DNA of 64,000 nt from Octopus bimaculoides (Eukaryota). The notes beneath the pieces were generated by a model that made no database searches, had not been told where the DNA came from, and saw only the letters and a program-made list of their open reading frames with translations. The DNA is taken from NCBI RefSeq assembly GCF_001194135.2, contig NC_068984.1, positions 15,231,425 through 15,295,424 of the forward strand. Direction: 5' to 3'. This document shows positions 12,201-23,720 of this stretch, in pieces; the stretch's first letter is position 1, and every line of letters starts with the position of its first letter. Position numbers and translations under genes: made by a program.

Positions 12201-15200
12201 TTGAATAGAAATTCTGAATAAACATTGAGGATACCTTTAACCTGATTGTGATTATTTCATGAAAAAAATTAGATTTTACAAATGAGTAGTAACCATTAAC
12301 AAATAAACAGCTGCTCTAACAATGTGTGTGAAAGACTGGATTTTCAGATATATCTTATATATACTGAAAAAAAATATATACAAATATTTTTAAAGAAAAA
12401 TACTGAATATACCTGGGTCATTTTATCTACAGGGGTTGGGATACCATCTATAACAAGAGGTGGTAATTTGTGTAAATTTGGATCTTCTTGTTGTGAGGGT
12501 GGTGCTTGTTGTGCCAGTACTGATTCCAAGTCTTGCATAATAATTCCTTTAGAATTGCGAACCTTGTAGGAAAAAAATATCATAAGTTGTGATATCAGTT
12601 CCAATTTAAATAATTAGTCACAGATTTAATTACATAGAAATCTCAGCTAAAAAAAAAAAACATATCAACGAATTTCTTTCCATCTGTACACTGCACTCAG
12701 TCTGATACTATTATTACGTTAATATTGTGGTGGCATTGCAGGTGTTCTGTATGCTTCCATGTGGATTGTTTTATTTAAAGTAACAACCCTTTAATACCCT
12801 TTCTTTTATATAAGGCAGCAAGCTGGCAGAAACATTAGCATGCCGGGCAAAATGCTTAGCGGTGTTTCGCTTGTCTTTACATTCTGAGTTCAAATTCTGC
12901 CAAGGTCAACTTTGCCTTTCATCCTTTCAGGGTTGATAAATTAAGTACCAGTTGCGTACTGAGATCGATCTAATCGACTGGCCCCCTCCCCAAAAATTTC
13001 AAGTCTTGTGCCTAGAGTAGAAAAGAATATCCTTTCTATAATAGGGACAAGGCCTGAAATTCTGGGAGAGGAGGCTAGTCGATTCCATCAACTCCAGTTC
13101 TCAACTGTAACTTACTTCACTGACCCTGAAAGGATGAAAAGCGAAGTCAACCTCAACAGTATTTGAACTCAGACCAAACATTTTCTCAAGCGTGCTAACA
13201 ACAAGCCATTTAATATCAAATACAACTTCATGCTGCATCTTTTGGATAACATTGGTTAACTATGACACTTATAATAGTATAATATTTTATTATTAATCTA
13301 CTAACTGACATACCCAGTAATTACTGGGAAAGCGGGGCTTATCCCTTGGTTCCGCTAATCCAATAACAACAATACAAAGTATGTAGCCCTTAAAATGGGT
13401 TTTTGTGCACTTACAGAGAATACTGAACTGTCTTACACCGGATCTTGTTTTTAGGAATTCCCAATAAGTAAAGAATACCCAAATTGTGAAGTCAGTTATG
13501 TAATAACATGAAATTAGTTACCCAATAATAAGAATTCAAATAAAGTAGCCCCAAAAAGGGCTTTAATGCATTCCCAGAGTGTATAGAACTTAGGAGGAAA
13601 TACTAATAAGGTATGTATACTAAAATCGTGAAGCATGTTACGTAATAACAGGCTAATCGGATATGAGATAATAACAATTCAAAGTAAATAACTCAGAAAA
13701 GGGCTTTTGTGCGTTCCCAGAGAATATTACCCTCAGCGGCGCTAGTGTTGGTATATTCGTTAATAATTCACTAGCTGTTGTTTAGGAAAATACTATTTAC
13801 TTGTTTAAGTGTTATACTGGATAAATTGTGAAAATAACTCGAACAGTCTTCTACTATAGCCTCAGGCCAACCAAAGATTTGTGAATGGATTTGGTAGGCA
13901 GAAACTGAAAGAAGCCCGTCATATATATATATATATGTATATGTATGTATGTATATGTTTGTGTTTGTCCCTCCAGCATCGCTTAACAACTGATGTTGGC
14001 CCCTGTAACTTAGCAGTTCAGCAAGACAGATCAATAAAATAAGTACTAAGCTTCCAAAGAATAAGTGCTGGGGTCGATTTGTTTGACTAAAGGCAGTGCT
14101 CCAGCATGGCCACAGTCAAATGACTGAAACAAGTAAAAGAGTAACTAAATGATAAGAAAACAGAAACTTTATCTCCCTGACTATTTCTTCTCGTACAATA
14201 AATTATTTACAAAATTTCAAAATTGTGTAGAAATGAATAACTTACCACTGTTTCTAAAGGCTGAGAACCAAACACTTTAAAAGACTGGTAACTTTGGTTA
14301 GGTTTGCCGGGAGTACAACAAAGTACAACTGCTTGTTGCCCTACACGTGTTGAGTATTCTTCAACAATATACCGTAGTTTTCTGATGAAGATATAAAACA
14401 ATTTATTTTGAAAAAGCTTTAAAATATGAATAGCCATAAAAAAATTATAAAGACTTGATCAAATACCCACATACATCTGATCTAGCACTAACACTTAAAA
14501 AAAAAAAAACAATTAAAAACAATGAAACATTTAATAAATGGAATGAACATGTAAAACAGACAATTGGAGTGGCTGTGTGGTAAGTAGCTTGCTTACCAAC
14601 CACATGGTTCCGGGTTCAGTCCCACTGCGTGGCACCTTGGGCAAGTGTCTTCTACTATAGCCTCGGGCCAACCAACGCCTTGTGAGTGAATTTGGTAGAT
14701 GGAAACTGAAAGAAGCCCGTCGTATATATGTATATATATGTGTGTGTGTGTTTGTCTCCCACCAACATCGCTTGACAACCGATGCTGGTGTGTTTACGTC
14801 CCCTGTAATCTAACAGTTCAGCAAAAGAGACCAATAGAATAAGTACTAGGCTTACAAAGAATAAGTCCTGGGGTCAATTTGCTCGACTAAAGGCGGTGCT
14901 CCAGCATGGCCACAGTCAAATGACTGAAACAAGCAGAAGAGCAAAAGAGTATCAAGATAAAACAACACAGTACATCACTAATGCTAACACAACACTAATA
15001 AACCAATGAGAAAGCGCTACACAGTTGCCCAACCTGTAAGAAATAAGTCAAATCTCCATTAAAATCAGCCCCTTCTATCTTAAAAAAGAAATGGTATATT
15101 GAACACTGTAGACATTCCATCCATGATAGTCATGAATGGAATGTCTTTAATCATATGTCTGTGTGAGCAGGGCTGACTTGAGGTCAAACAACAATGCAAC

Positions 15201-17043
15201 ATCTACAGCAGTGCTCTTAACCATTTTTTATCAATGAACCCCTTTGATTACTATTTCCTTCTGGTGGACCCCCATAGCCATTCAATGTTTAAAAACTAGA
15301 TTCATAGATACTTCTTTCAAAATTCCAATTTTGTTATTCACACATTAACATGTGTAGACTGAACTATGTAAAACTTTTGAGATAGAAATTTAGTCATTTC
15401 TTACAATACTCATATCACCATCATCATCGTCGTTTAACGTCCGCTTTCCATGCTAGCATGGGTTGGACGATTTGACTGAGGACTGGTGAACCAGATGGCT
15501 ACACCAGGCTCCAATCTGATTTCAAAATATTTTCATGGACCCTTAATATACTACTATGGCTCCCCAATTTACTATTTTGCTTGCATGGACCCTCAGAATC
15601 TTATATGGGCCCCCTGGGGTCATATGGATCCTGTCTGAGAACCACTGATCTACAGTAATAAACATATATTTCTAATTTTATGGTATGGCAGATTAATAGT
15701 TATTAAAAAACTAACTTTAATTTCTACAGTAATAATCACATATATTTCCAATTCTATGGTGAGGCAGATTAATGGTTATTAAAAAAGCTAACTTTAATTT
15801 TAAAATCTATAGATAGAGATATAAAATAAATCTCTTCACCTGAGTAACCTTGTTTGTTGCCGACGTCGAATAGAAGGATTTGTTTCAAAACTATGCATTC
15901 GCCGACGCTTCCTTCCAGTAACAATTGCAGCAGCTGCAGCAACACCAATAGGTCCTTAAAAATTAAGAAAGAAAATAATAATCACTATAACTATATGAGA
16001 TTTCAATGAAAGAAACCTACAAAAAGAAATCAAAACAAAACAGTAACAGATTTATAATCTAATAGAATTGTTTCATTTCAAGTAAATTTTGAAACAATGA
16101 GTTTGTCTAATTGTCCTAAAAAGCAGCCATGTTGGTGACACATGAAAAGCTTTGGTGGTGGTACCATGTAAAAAAACACTGGTGTTGGTTCCATGTCAAA
16201 AGTACCCATGCTTGTGCTACATAAAAGGCACCCAGTACTTTTTGTAAAGTGTTTGGCATTATGAAGAACATCCAGCCATAGAAATGTTGCCAAAACAGAC
16301 AATTGGAACCTGGTGCAGTTCTCTGGCTTGGCAGCTCCTGTCAAATTGTCCAACCCATGCCTGAATGGAAAACAGAAATTATATGATGATGATGATGTGC
16401 TACAAGTAGAGTAAATTGTCACACAAGTGTGTCTGGAGATAGTAAAAGAAATAAAAAGTAAGATATAATAGAAGTTGAACACACTTTCTTCAAACACTTA
16501 AAACTGCAATAAATGTCCTATCATCACTAAACTATAACGGCATTAATTTATCATCATCACCATCATCATTTTAATACCCGCTTTTCTATACTTGCATGGA
16601 TCAAATGGAATTACTTCCATTTTCTTCTGCTCCGTTTGATGTTCAAACAGGACACTGTGCTTAATAAACAACAGATTCTATCAAAAGTTTAATTACCAAT
16701 ATAAGTCCTTCCCTCACCTCTTTCTCCTTTCCTTTACATGTAGTTTATCTGATTGGTTTATTATTAGCAAAAGTGAATTTTCAAATTATTTCTCTGACAG
16801 ATTATGGTCAGTTTGGAATAACCAAGTATAGAAACATTTACCAGCAGCAGCCAATTGAGTGGTTACGTCATCATTCATAGTATTTGCAAGTAGATCTGTT
16901 TCATCAAAATGAGGGCTATCTGGTGAACTGGATTCACTCATATCATCACTAAGCATGTTTGCACACATTGGAGACGTGCTCATGTTAGTCATTGCATTAA
17001 CAACTCCACGAACACTTACAGAAGAGGAGTTCGAACTGTTCAT
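5818..17043 (-). CDS. NRF1: Nuclear respiratory factor 1 / erect wing transcription factor; 8 coding exons, 1443 nt, 480 aa
   Basis: Joined exons 17043-16842, 15954-15840, 14381-14246, 12562-12413, 10195-10037, 8654-8409, 6835-6622, 6038-5818. All introns are GT-AG and phases match (1,2,0,0,0,0,1). The translation contains NRF1 hallmarks: VTTQLAAAGPIGVAAAAAIVTGRKRRR, FETNPSIRRRQQTRLLRKLR, LPPLVIDGIPTPVDKMTQAQLRAFIPEMLKYSTGRSKPGWGK, WWPDDVPWANVRSD, VSWTHALRQIVKNCYKYHGREDLL. Confidence 0.97.
6622..6835 (-). CDS. NRF1: NRF1 coding exon 7 (activation region, EATQAVQTLADVA...VATLAEAT...GQIILTG)
   Basis: Acceptor ttcttttttag, donor GTGAGT; 214 nt. Matches the NRF1 hydrophobic activation motifs. 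Confidence 0.93.
8030..8082. repeat. (GA)n microsatellite
   Basis: Directly visible. Confidence 0.95.
8409..8654 (-). CDS. NRF1: NRF1 coding exon 6 (VSWTHALRQIVKNCYK...QATVVHA)
   Basis: Acceptor ctgtctag, donor GTGAGT; 246 nt. Confidence 0.95.
10037..10195 (-). CDS. NRF1: NRF1 coding exon 5 (DNA-binding core AQLRAFIPEMLKYSTGRSKPGWG...DEKRK)
   Basis: Acceptor tatacag, donor GTTAGA; 159 nt, phase 0-0. Confidence 0.96.
10831..11270. repeat. About 440-bp foldback (long inverted repeat with a 13-nt loop) in NRF1 intron 4
   Basis: 10964-11017 pairs with 11083-11136 at 51 of 54 positions. Pairing extends outward to about 10831/11270 and inward to about 11043/11057. Confidence 0.9.
12413..12562 (-). 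CDS. NRF1: NRF1 coding exon 4 (VRNSKGIIMQDLE...PVDKMTQ)
   Basis: Acceptor ttttcctacaag, donor GTATAT; 150 nt, phase 0-0. Confidence 0.95.
12812..13030 (+). mobile_element. tRNA-derived SINE family A (representative copy)
   Basis: B box GAGTTCAAATTC and central gcctttcatcctttcagggttgataaattaagtacc domain. Further copies at about 2940-3150, 6357-6570, 11356-11543, 11560-11777, 13031-13175, 18530-18615, 20170-20355, 27716-27950, 60000-60230 and 63290-63455. Confidence 0.85.
14246..14381 (-). CDS. NRF1: NRF1 coding exon 3 (KLRYIVEEYSTRVGQQAVVL...FKVFGSQPLETV)
   Basis: Acceptor cttcatcag, donor GTAAGT; 136 nt. Confidence 0.95.
14565..14950 (+). mobile_element. tRNA-derived SINE family B (representative full-length copy with internal TA/TG microsatellite)
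   Basis: Head gagtggctgtgtggtaag...ggttcagtccc, accttgggcaagtg box, tail gaaacaag...aaagagta. Further copies at about 9030-9235, 9735-9900, 13855-14145, 25760-25930, 26725-27100, 48270-48595, 56270-56640 and 59765-60330. Confidence 0.85.
15209..15647. mobile_element. hAT (Charlie-like) MITE with a nested LINE tail
   Basis: Ends CAGTG...CACTG; 8-bp TSD atctacag at 15201-15208 and 15648-15655. A homologous internal copy lies at about 25236-25470. Confidence 0.75.
15840..15954 (-). CDS. NRF1: NRF1 coding exon 2 (NLS; GPIGVAAAAAIVTGRKRRRMHSFETNPSIRRRQQTRLLR); not in the ORF track
   Basis: Manual translation of the reverse complement; acceptor tttttaag, donor GTGAAG; 115 nt. Confidence 0.95.
16842..17043 (-). 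CDS. NRF1: NRF1 coding exon 1 (MNSSNSSS...DVTTQLAAAG)
   Basis: Acceptor ttttattgcag at 17060-17061 (exon starts 17059), ATG at 17043, donor GTAAAT at 16841; phase 1. Confidence 0.9.
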
Positions 17044-20000
17044 TCTATTCTTAACAACCCTGCAATAAAAAGGAAAAGTTTTCAAGAAATTAAAGAATCA
17101 TCACATAGCTCTAAAAACACATTTTTCTCTACAGGTGAAAGGAATTTTTAAAATAAAATCTAAAGATCAGAAAATATTTGCAGCACAGAATTTTGTCAGT
17201 GAACAGGTCGCGGTTTCAAAGCGACGAAAATATTTTGACAAATTAAATTTAAATGTTGAAGTGAATCTAACGGATTTTGTGTGTTATTTTAAATGGCTTA
17301 TAAACACCTTCCACACTGCAATTATTTTAATTACACTTGATTATATATTAGAATCATTATCATTTAACATCCATGTCAGACCCGTGAATATTCTAAGAAT
17401 TTAGAAATTTCGAGAGACATGAAATAAATAATTTTTAACAGAGGAACTCAATGTAGATAAAGCTGTAAATGATGGTGTGTGGAATATTGGGTTAAAGAAA
17501 CCAAAAGTCAGTAATTAAACTTTTGGCAATTTGTTGTTTATCAAGCACTCGGATGGAAAAAGACAAAGGCTGTCCAAATCATTAAACCAAAACAATTCTA
17601 GCCTTTGACATTTTTTCCATCCAAAGGTTTTTAACTCAATGTTCTACACACTTTCATCTATAGCTTTATCTACTTCAGGCTCCACGGTTAACGGTAATAT
17701 ACTTCATATTGAAATATATTTCTTGTCTTGCTCTGAAAGATTATAGAGGGTTATACTGACTTTGTGAAGATATGTAAGTTTAAGAACCAAAGTATTGTAA
17801 TTTTTTAGTAGTTAGATCTCTTTCATCTTCAGAACCATGCATATTTTCTCATTGAGAATATTTGGAGAAAGCTTTGATGAAATCTTACTTCAATTAGACT
17901 AGATTTTATCAGAGAAGGACTAATAAAATAATATATTATTCAATTCAACCATCTCAAAGTTGGTATTTCCATTTACTAACTGCATAACATGACATACAGG
18001 CCATACCTTCACAAGAATTTGGATTGGCTCACAAAACTTCTGTGAACTACTTCCTATTCTGAACAATGAGAAGTGTACATTTATATAGGAGTAGGTACTT
18101 CTGAGTTAGCTAAATTTTGTCTGTAAAGATAGAAAACTGCAGTCATCTCACTCAAAATATAGCGTTACAATTGGATGTATATGCTTAGCAAAAGTTTTGG
18201 CCAGAATCAAGAGACTACTTTGGTCTGTTTGATGCAGAAGTTGTCAGATGATTCATGTTGTAGCAGTTTCATCATCTACAGATAACAGAGGGTGACAAGT
18301 AACTAAAGAAAGACTCATTTTTTTTCTTTTCTTCAATTGAATAGTATCTTCAAGATCTCCAAACAAGTGTGGCAATATCAAGTGTGATCTGAAGTATTTA
18401 TGAAAGTAGACAGACAAGTGACTGAGAAGAACGAAGGAAGATATATAACAATGAATTGCTTTAATGGTATCAAACCCTCGTTTATTAGGAGCTATTGCAG
18501 TAGTAATTATAGTATCACTATCTAAACTAAAAATTTGAACTCAGAATGTAAAGACAGACGAAATATCGCTAAGCATTTCGCCTGGCGTGCTAACGTTTCT
18601 GCCAGCTTGCTGCTTTGAATTATATTTATTATAATCAATGCTAATAACCTTGTTGCATTATTGAAGATTGGGTTTTCACATTTGCTTGTACCAATCTTAA
18701 CCATAAAAATCTATGTATTTCCTCCAGGTCTCCTTTTGCTTCACTATTTTTCACACCTTCTCTAGGATACAGGTAGGTCGCATCATTTGATAGGGTAAAA
18801 ACCAGTTTTTCTGCTGGAATACAAAGACATAGAATCAATTATCTCAAACAACCTGAAATCCACATAAAATTTTTTGAAATTAAAATATAATGAATTAGTA
18901 CAAAACTTTGTTTTTAATCAAACCAAATTGAATCCCACATCTTTCACAGAATGTTATTAACAAAAACTATTTATTTGTAACAATATAATTTTTCACACAT
19001 ACTTGTGTATATCATACATATCTATTTGGTGATTCCTTCATTGCTATTTTGGCAAGTATGGTGAAGTCTAAGCTTTACTGAGGAGGTTCAATAAGACTGA
19101 AACCATGCCAAGAGTTATCTCACATGCTTAGTAATGTTTCTTTTGACAGGGAAGTGTTTGGTGGGGAGAACATACAATTAATTAAATCAATCTCAATATA
19201 TTACTGACAATTGTTTTGTTGTTGTTGTTCAGCTCTAGATTACATAAAGGCCTTCAGCGTTAGCTCAATCAATGACGTTATATTGAACCCGTAAGAATAG
19301 AAAACTAAGTCAAATTAACTAGGACTTGAACTCAGAACAGTGGAAGAAAGCACGAAATAACGATTTCTTACAAAGATATTAAACTTCAGAATTATGAAAG
19401 AGAAATTAAGACTTTATGAAATTCATTAACTGCTAAAGTAAAATAAATGGGCTTCAAACGAGAACCGAAATTGTGCTGCAATCTTCTCTTTTTATCTTGG
19501 GGGAGGGAAGGGGTGAGGACGATGACGATTAGCTATCTCGAGACCGAATATGGAAATACCAGAAAATGACTCAACTCTCCCATCACTTTCCTTCTAATCA
19601 GTGAAATAGCTTTTAAAAAAAAAAATTTTAATTCAGAGACAAGAAACCTTTTTCTTACTTAAAAAAAAAAATTTACTGACATGCAATCTCCTTGATTTCA
19701 AAAATAAAATCTTAACCGTTCAGAAATAAGGAGTTATTAAAACAGTTCAGGAAATATTTTAGAATCTTGAAGTTTTCTTTTTTTATTAATTAACAATCCA
19801 GAAACGGCTTAATATTTTTTTTTAAATCGATTCCTGTAACAGATCTTTATATAAATAAATGACAATAGCCGATATATTTTTGAAGTAGTGACATCTAAAC
19901 TTTTGAGACATGCAAATTTTTACTATATTTATGATAGGAAAGTAGAGGTGTTAAGACTCATGAGCGTAAGATTTTCGTTTCGATTCCACGACTGGGCGAT

Positions 20001-21199
20001 GCGTGATGTTCTTAAGCGAAACACTTCATTTCACGTTGCTCCAGTCCACTTAGCTGACAAAAAGGAATAATCCTGAGACAGACTGGCGTCCCGTCCAGTG
20101 AGGTTTGCATGCGCCACGGAAACCGACCCTGAGTTTGTATGGCTCGGGAAGGATCTTTACCGTATCTTTTTAAGGCGGTGGACTGGCAGAATCGTTAGCA
20201 GGCCGGACAAAGTGCTTAGCGACATTTCGTCCGTCTTTACGTTCTGAGTTCAAATTCCGCCGGAGGTCGATAAAATAAGTACCTGTTTATCACTGAGGTC
20301 GAAGTAATCGACCTCAAAGCCCCACCCCACTGAACTTATTGGCCTTGTGCCAATATTTATGATAGAGAGAATAAAAAAAACAGCATCATAAAAGAAGTTT
20401 TAATTCTGCAATCTTTTAAATAAAATATCAATTTAATATATTTAAGTAGACACAAAGACCAAATTTGTCAAAGATTTCGATTTTCAGCAATACTATTCCG
20501 TGTTTTACACTTTCACTTCAGCTTGACATACGATTTAAATAAGAGCGAAGGGAAACAACTCAAATAGACTAATGGGTTAAATTTAAACAATTAAGTTTGA
20601 CATTTCCCTCCTAGTTGGAGCAAACAAATAGCTGTACGGAAAATCTTAAATTTCAATGTGAAGTTATTTTAAAGGAAGAAATAATAGATCTTTATCCTAA
20701 TAGACCGGAATTCGCGTGGTTTGCAGACAAAAAACTGGTTCAAATCTATGAATGGAATAAGCTGATTTATTATTAAGACTGTATTGCTGAATTCATTTAT
20801 TTGGAGCAGTTTGGTGAAGAAATTCTGTTGCTTGTCAGTCATTAATCCCTTTCATTTATTTTTATAAATAAATTTCATACAAGTTCATATCAGTTGGCTC
20901 CATAAAATAGCAAACATTGCAAAATATGCTTGTTTACAAATCGTTTCATCATTTTATAAATTAGTCTTGCTGCCTCTCTCTATATAGCATGGCATAAGAA
21001 CTAAGTGTTAACTAAATGCAAACAAAATATATTTTTATATTTATGTAGTTACAATGCAAACGAAATATAATAATAAAAAGCAAAATAATGATTTTTTTTA
21101 AATCGATACTAAAATAAATGACAAAATCCGAAGAAACTGTGTATAAAAAGTTACAGGGGAGTGTTTAATTCTGAAACTTGATCTTAACTATATGCTGTG

Positions 21200-21890
21200 A
21201 GAAATTTGGCTGCTATTTCTAATGGGTTAAGCAACCATACAAATGTTCTGGAAGTATCTTCGGTGAGTGCAAAGTAAAAAGAGTGGGAATGTAAAACATT
21301 GGAAATTGTTAAATGTGGAATGAAAAGTGAATCCTTAAGGTGCAAAATCGGATGAGCAATTCCAAAATTACTGTGGTCCTCCAAAGGAAATCTGATTGAT
21401 GTACAATTATAAAGATCTGCGGTAATATATCTCCACTTAGGAAAAAAGAGATCCAACAATATAATGAATGGGAATTCATGAATTATTTACCAATGTTGAC
21501 GCTGTGAAAAGTGATTTAAATGAATGGCAACATTCAGGAACTATTGATAAATGCCCCCAAGGTATAGCCACTGAAATTCTAAGCAAATTAGGCAAAGAGT
21601 GAGAACTGGAACTGAGATAATTGAATTGCTGAGGGTCTAGTCTTGATTTACCCAAGAATGGATTGTTTCTGGCTCCATCATTTGGTCGAGTATAGGGCGA
21701 TTTAGAACAACTTCGGTTATGATCATAGTGTCGTTAACAACTCAAGAAATTTTGGTAATCTAGAAACTGGAGTCTATAAGAATAGAGTCTAAGCCATGAT
21801 GCGGTCGGAGGCAAAGATAAAAGGGACAAAACGTAATGAAACAACAGACTATTTTGCAGAATTTATATGGTTCGATGAGTCGCCAGTAAC
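21200..21890 (+). pseudogene. Decayed Merlin transposase remnant in the NRF1 5' intron
   Basis: Frameshifted peptides WIVSGSIIWS (21659), YRAI*NNFGYDHSVVNNSRNFGNLETGVYKNRV* and GTKRNETTDYFAEFIWF (to 21873) follow the Merlin GS.I.SD / GY.H..VNHS..F..P.TG / YL.EF.W order. Confidence 0.65.
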
Positions 21891-22329
21891 ATCAATTCAA
21901 TCTTTGTGAACTTATAAACATTTTTTAAATACATTTCGGACTTCTATTTAAAAAACAAAAGCAGAGAAGAAAATTTTTCCCTCGTTTACAACTGACTATT
22001 AAGATTGTTTTTGTTTTGAAAACCCGCATAACAATCTGATTGATTATTTAAAGGAAAACCCCTAAACTCTGAAAATGTATTGGTGTAATTCAAATATAAT
22101 TAGGTCAAAGGTGAGAGGGAGTCAGAGTAGTGTTAATAAGAGTGGGGGGGGTCTCAATTTAATGTTTTGAAAACGAAAAATAGGTTTCTAGGAAAGCAAT
22201 GAAAAAGTGTTCGTATGTGATATATATATTATGCTGAGCAGAGGGTCTTGAGCTCGATATCTGCTGACCCCTCAAGGATCATTTAGTGATTGATTTAGAT
22301 TGGTTGAGTAAAATATTCAAACTATTTTA

Positions 22330-23720
22330 TTACATGACAACCGGAGAAATGGATACGTGAAAGGAAGAATATAGGTGTGGTCATTCGTGCCACACAAACT
22401 GACAAGAGAATGACGACGATGGTGTGATGCGTGTATGGACGTATAAAACGAGATGAATTAGTGAAATGAGCGATTAGAATTGATTTTGAAATTGTGTGCA
22501 CGCACAAGGAGAAATAGAAATAGAGGGAATGAAAGAGAGAGGGGAAAAAAATGAGAGAGAGAGAAGAGACAAAGAGATAGTGATGGAGTGAGAGGGCCGC
22601 CGGTAGTGGTGGCGTTAAGGATTGGGGATTGCGACTGCGCTTGGGCTTGCGCGAAATGTAGTAAACATAGAGTCGCGCCGGCGACAGCACGTTAAACATA
22701 TCTCTCTCGTTGCTCGTCTCTGATGAACAGTTTCAACGGCATGGAGGAAACGAATTTGCCCGAAACAAAATACCTACGGATCAATGTGTGTGTATGTATA
22801 TATAGACATCAATATGTCCGTCGGTCTGTCTATATACATCATTACAGACACGCGCGCTTACCGTTTCACCGAGTCGTTACAGGTCAACCAAGCAGGGCCT
22901 AGTGAAATATCTTTGCTGCCATACGATCTCCGAGCGATGGAAGAATATGTATTACTGAAATGAACAGCCCGTTTTGTCTCTGTTAACTCTTTCAGTCGCA
23001 CCTTGTTTGGCGGAGTCAAAAGAAAAATGGACGACATGAGAGGATCGTGACGTAATTCGTCTTTCAAAGGATTCAAGAGTCAAACAATATCTCAGGTAGG
23101 TTACAGGATAAGGGAAGGCTTTAAAAAATATTACTGTTTTCATTGGTACAAATTAATATCTTTCCTAGATCCCATTTTTAGTGATGTGTATTATATATAT
23201 CTTATAAACCCATAAACTGAAAGCCACAACATACGTGTGTGAATTGGAGGATGCTTCGATAAATATGCAATTTACTTGACGAATTCTTTCATTCTTTACT
23301 ACGATCACACCTCAAATGATACGCTGCATTGTCACTGTTAATAGATATTTATACAAAGAAATCGCTTGCCTGACAGTTTGACGCTGGAGGTTGTTTGTTT
23401 CACTGGTGACTGCAGTTAAGCGTCCATCACAATTTTCCGGGACGAGAAAAGGCGAGCGCGCGGTAATTGAGGGGGGGAGGGAGGTCCGACTATTTTTCAT
23501 CATTTTTTTTTTTTTTTTTTTTTTTTCTCAAACGGATTTTTTAGAAACAGATACTGAGCTGATTCCATATCCTAGCGATCTTACTTACCTTAGTAATACA
23601 AAACGGTTATCGTATCAAGTTTTTAATCTTCTCTTACAGGATCACATGCGCAGAACAATCTCAGAATGGACGCCGCTGCACATCTTTGTACACGACTGCC
23701 ACCTAGAGGCTAAGGGAGAT
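22330..23720 (-). promoter_or_regulatory. CpG-enriched 5' region of NRF1 with candidate non-coding first exons
   Basis: Local CpG/GC enrichment in an AT-rich, CpG-poor context. Minus-strand donors AAG|GTAAGT (23588) and ACG|GTAAGC (22861). CT-rich leader-like tract at 22500-22600. Confidence 0.5.

Noticed and set aside
22345-22356. U12-type donor (GTATCCATTT) in the NRF1 leader
   Set aside because: It deviates from RTATCCTT, and I found no U12 branch site near the 17060 acceptor. All coding introns are U2-type.
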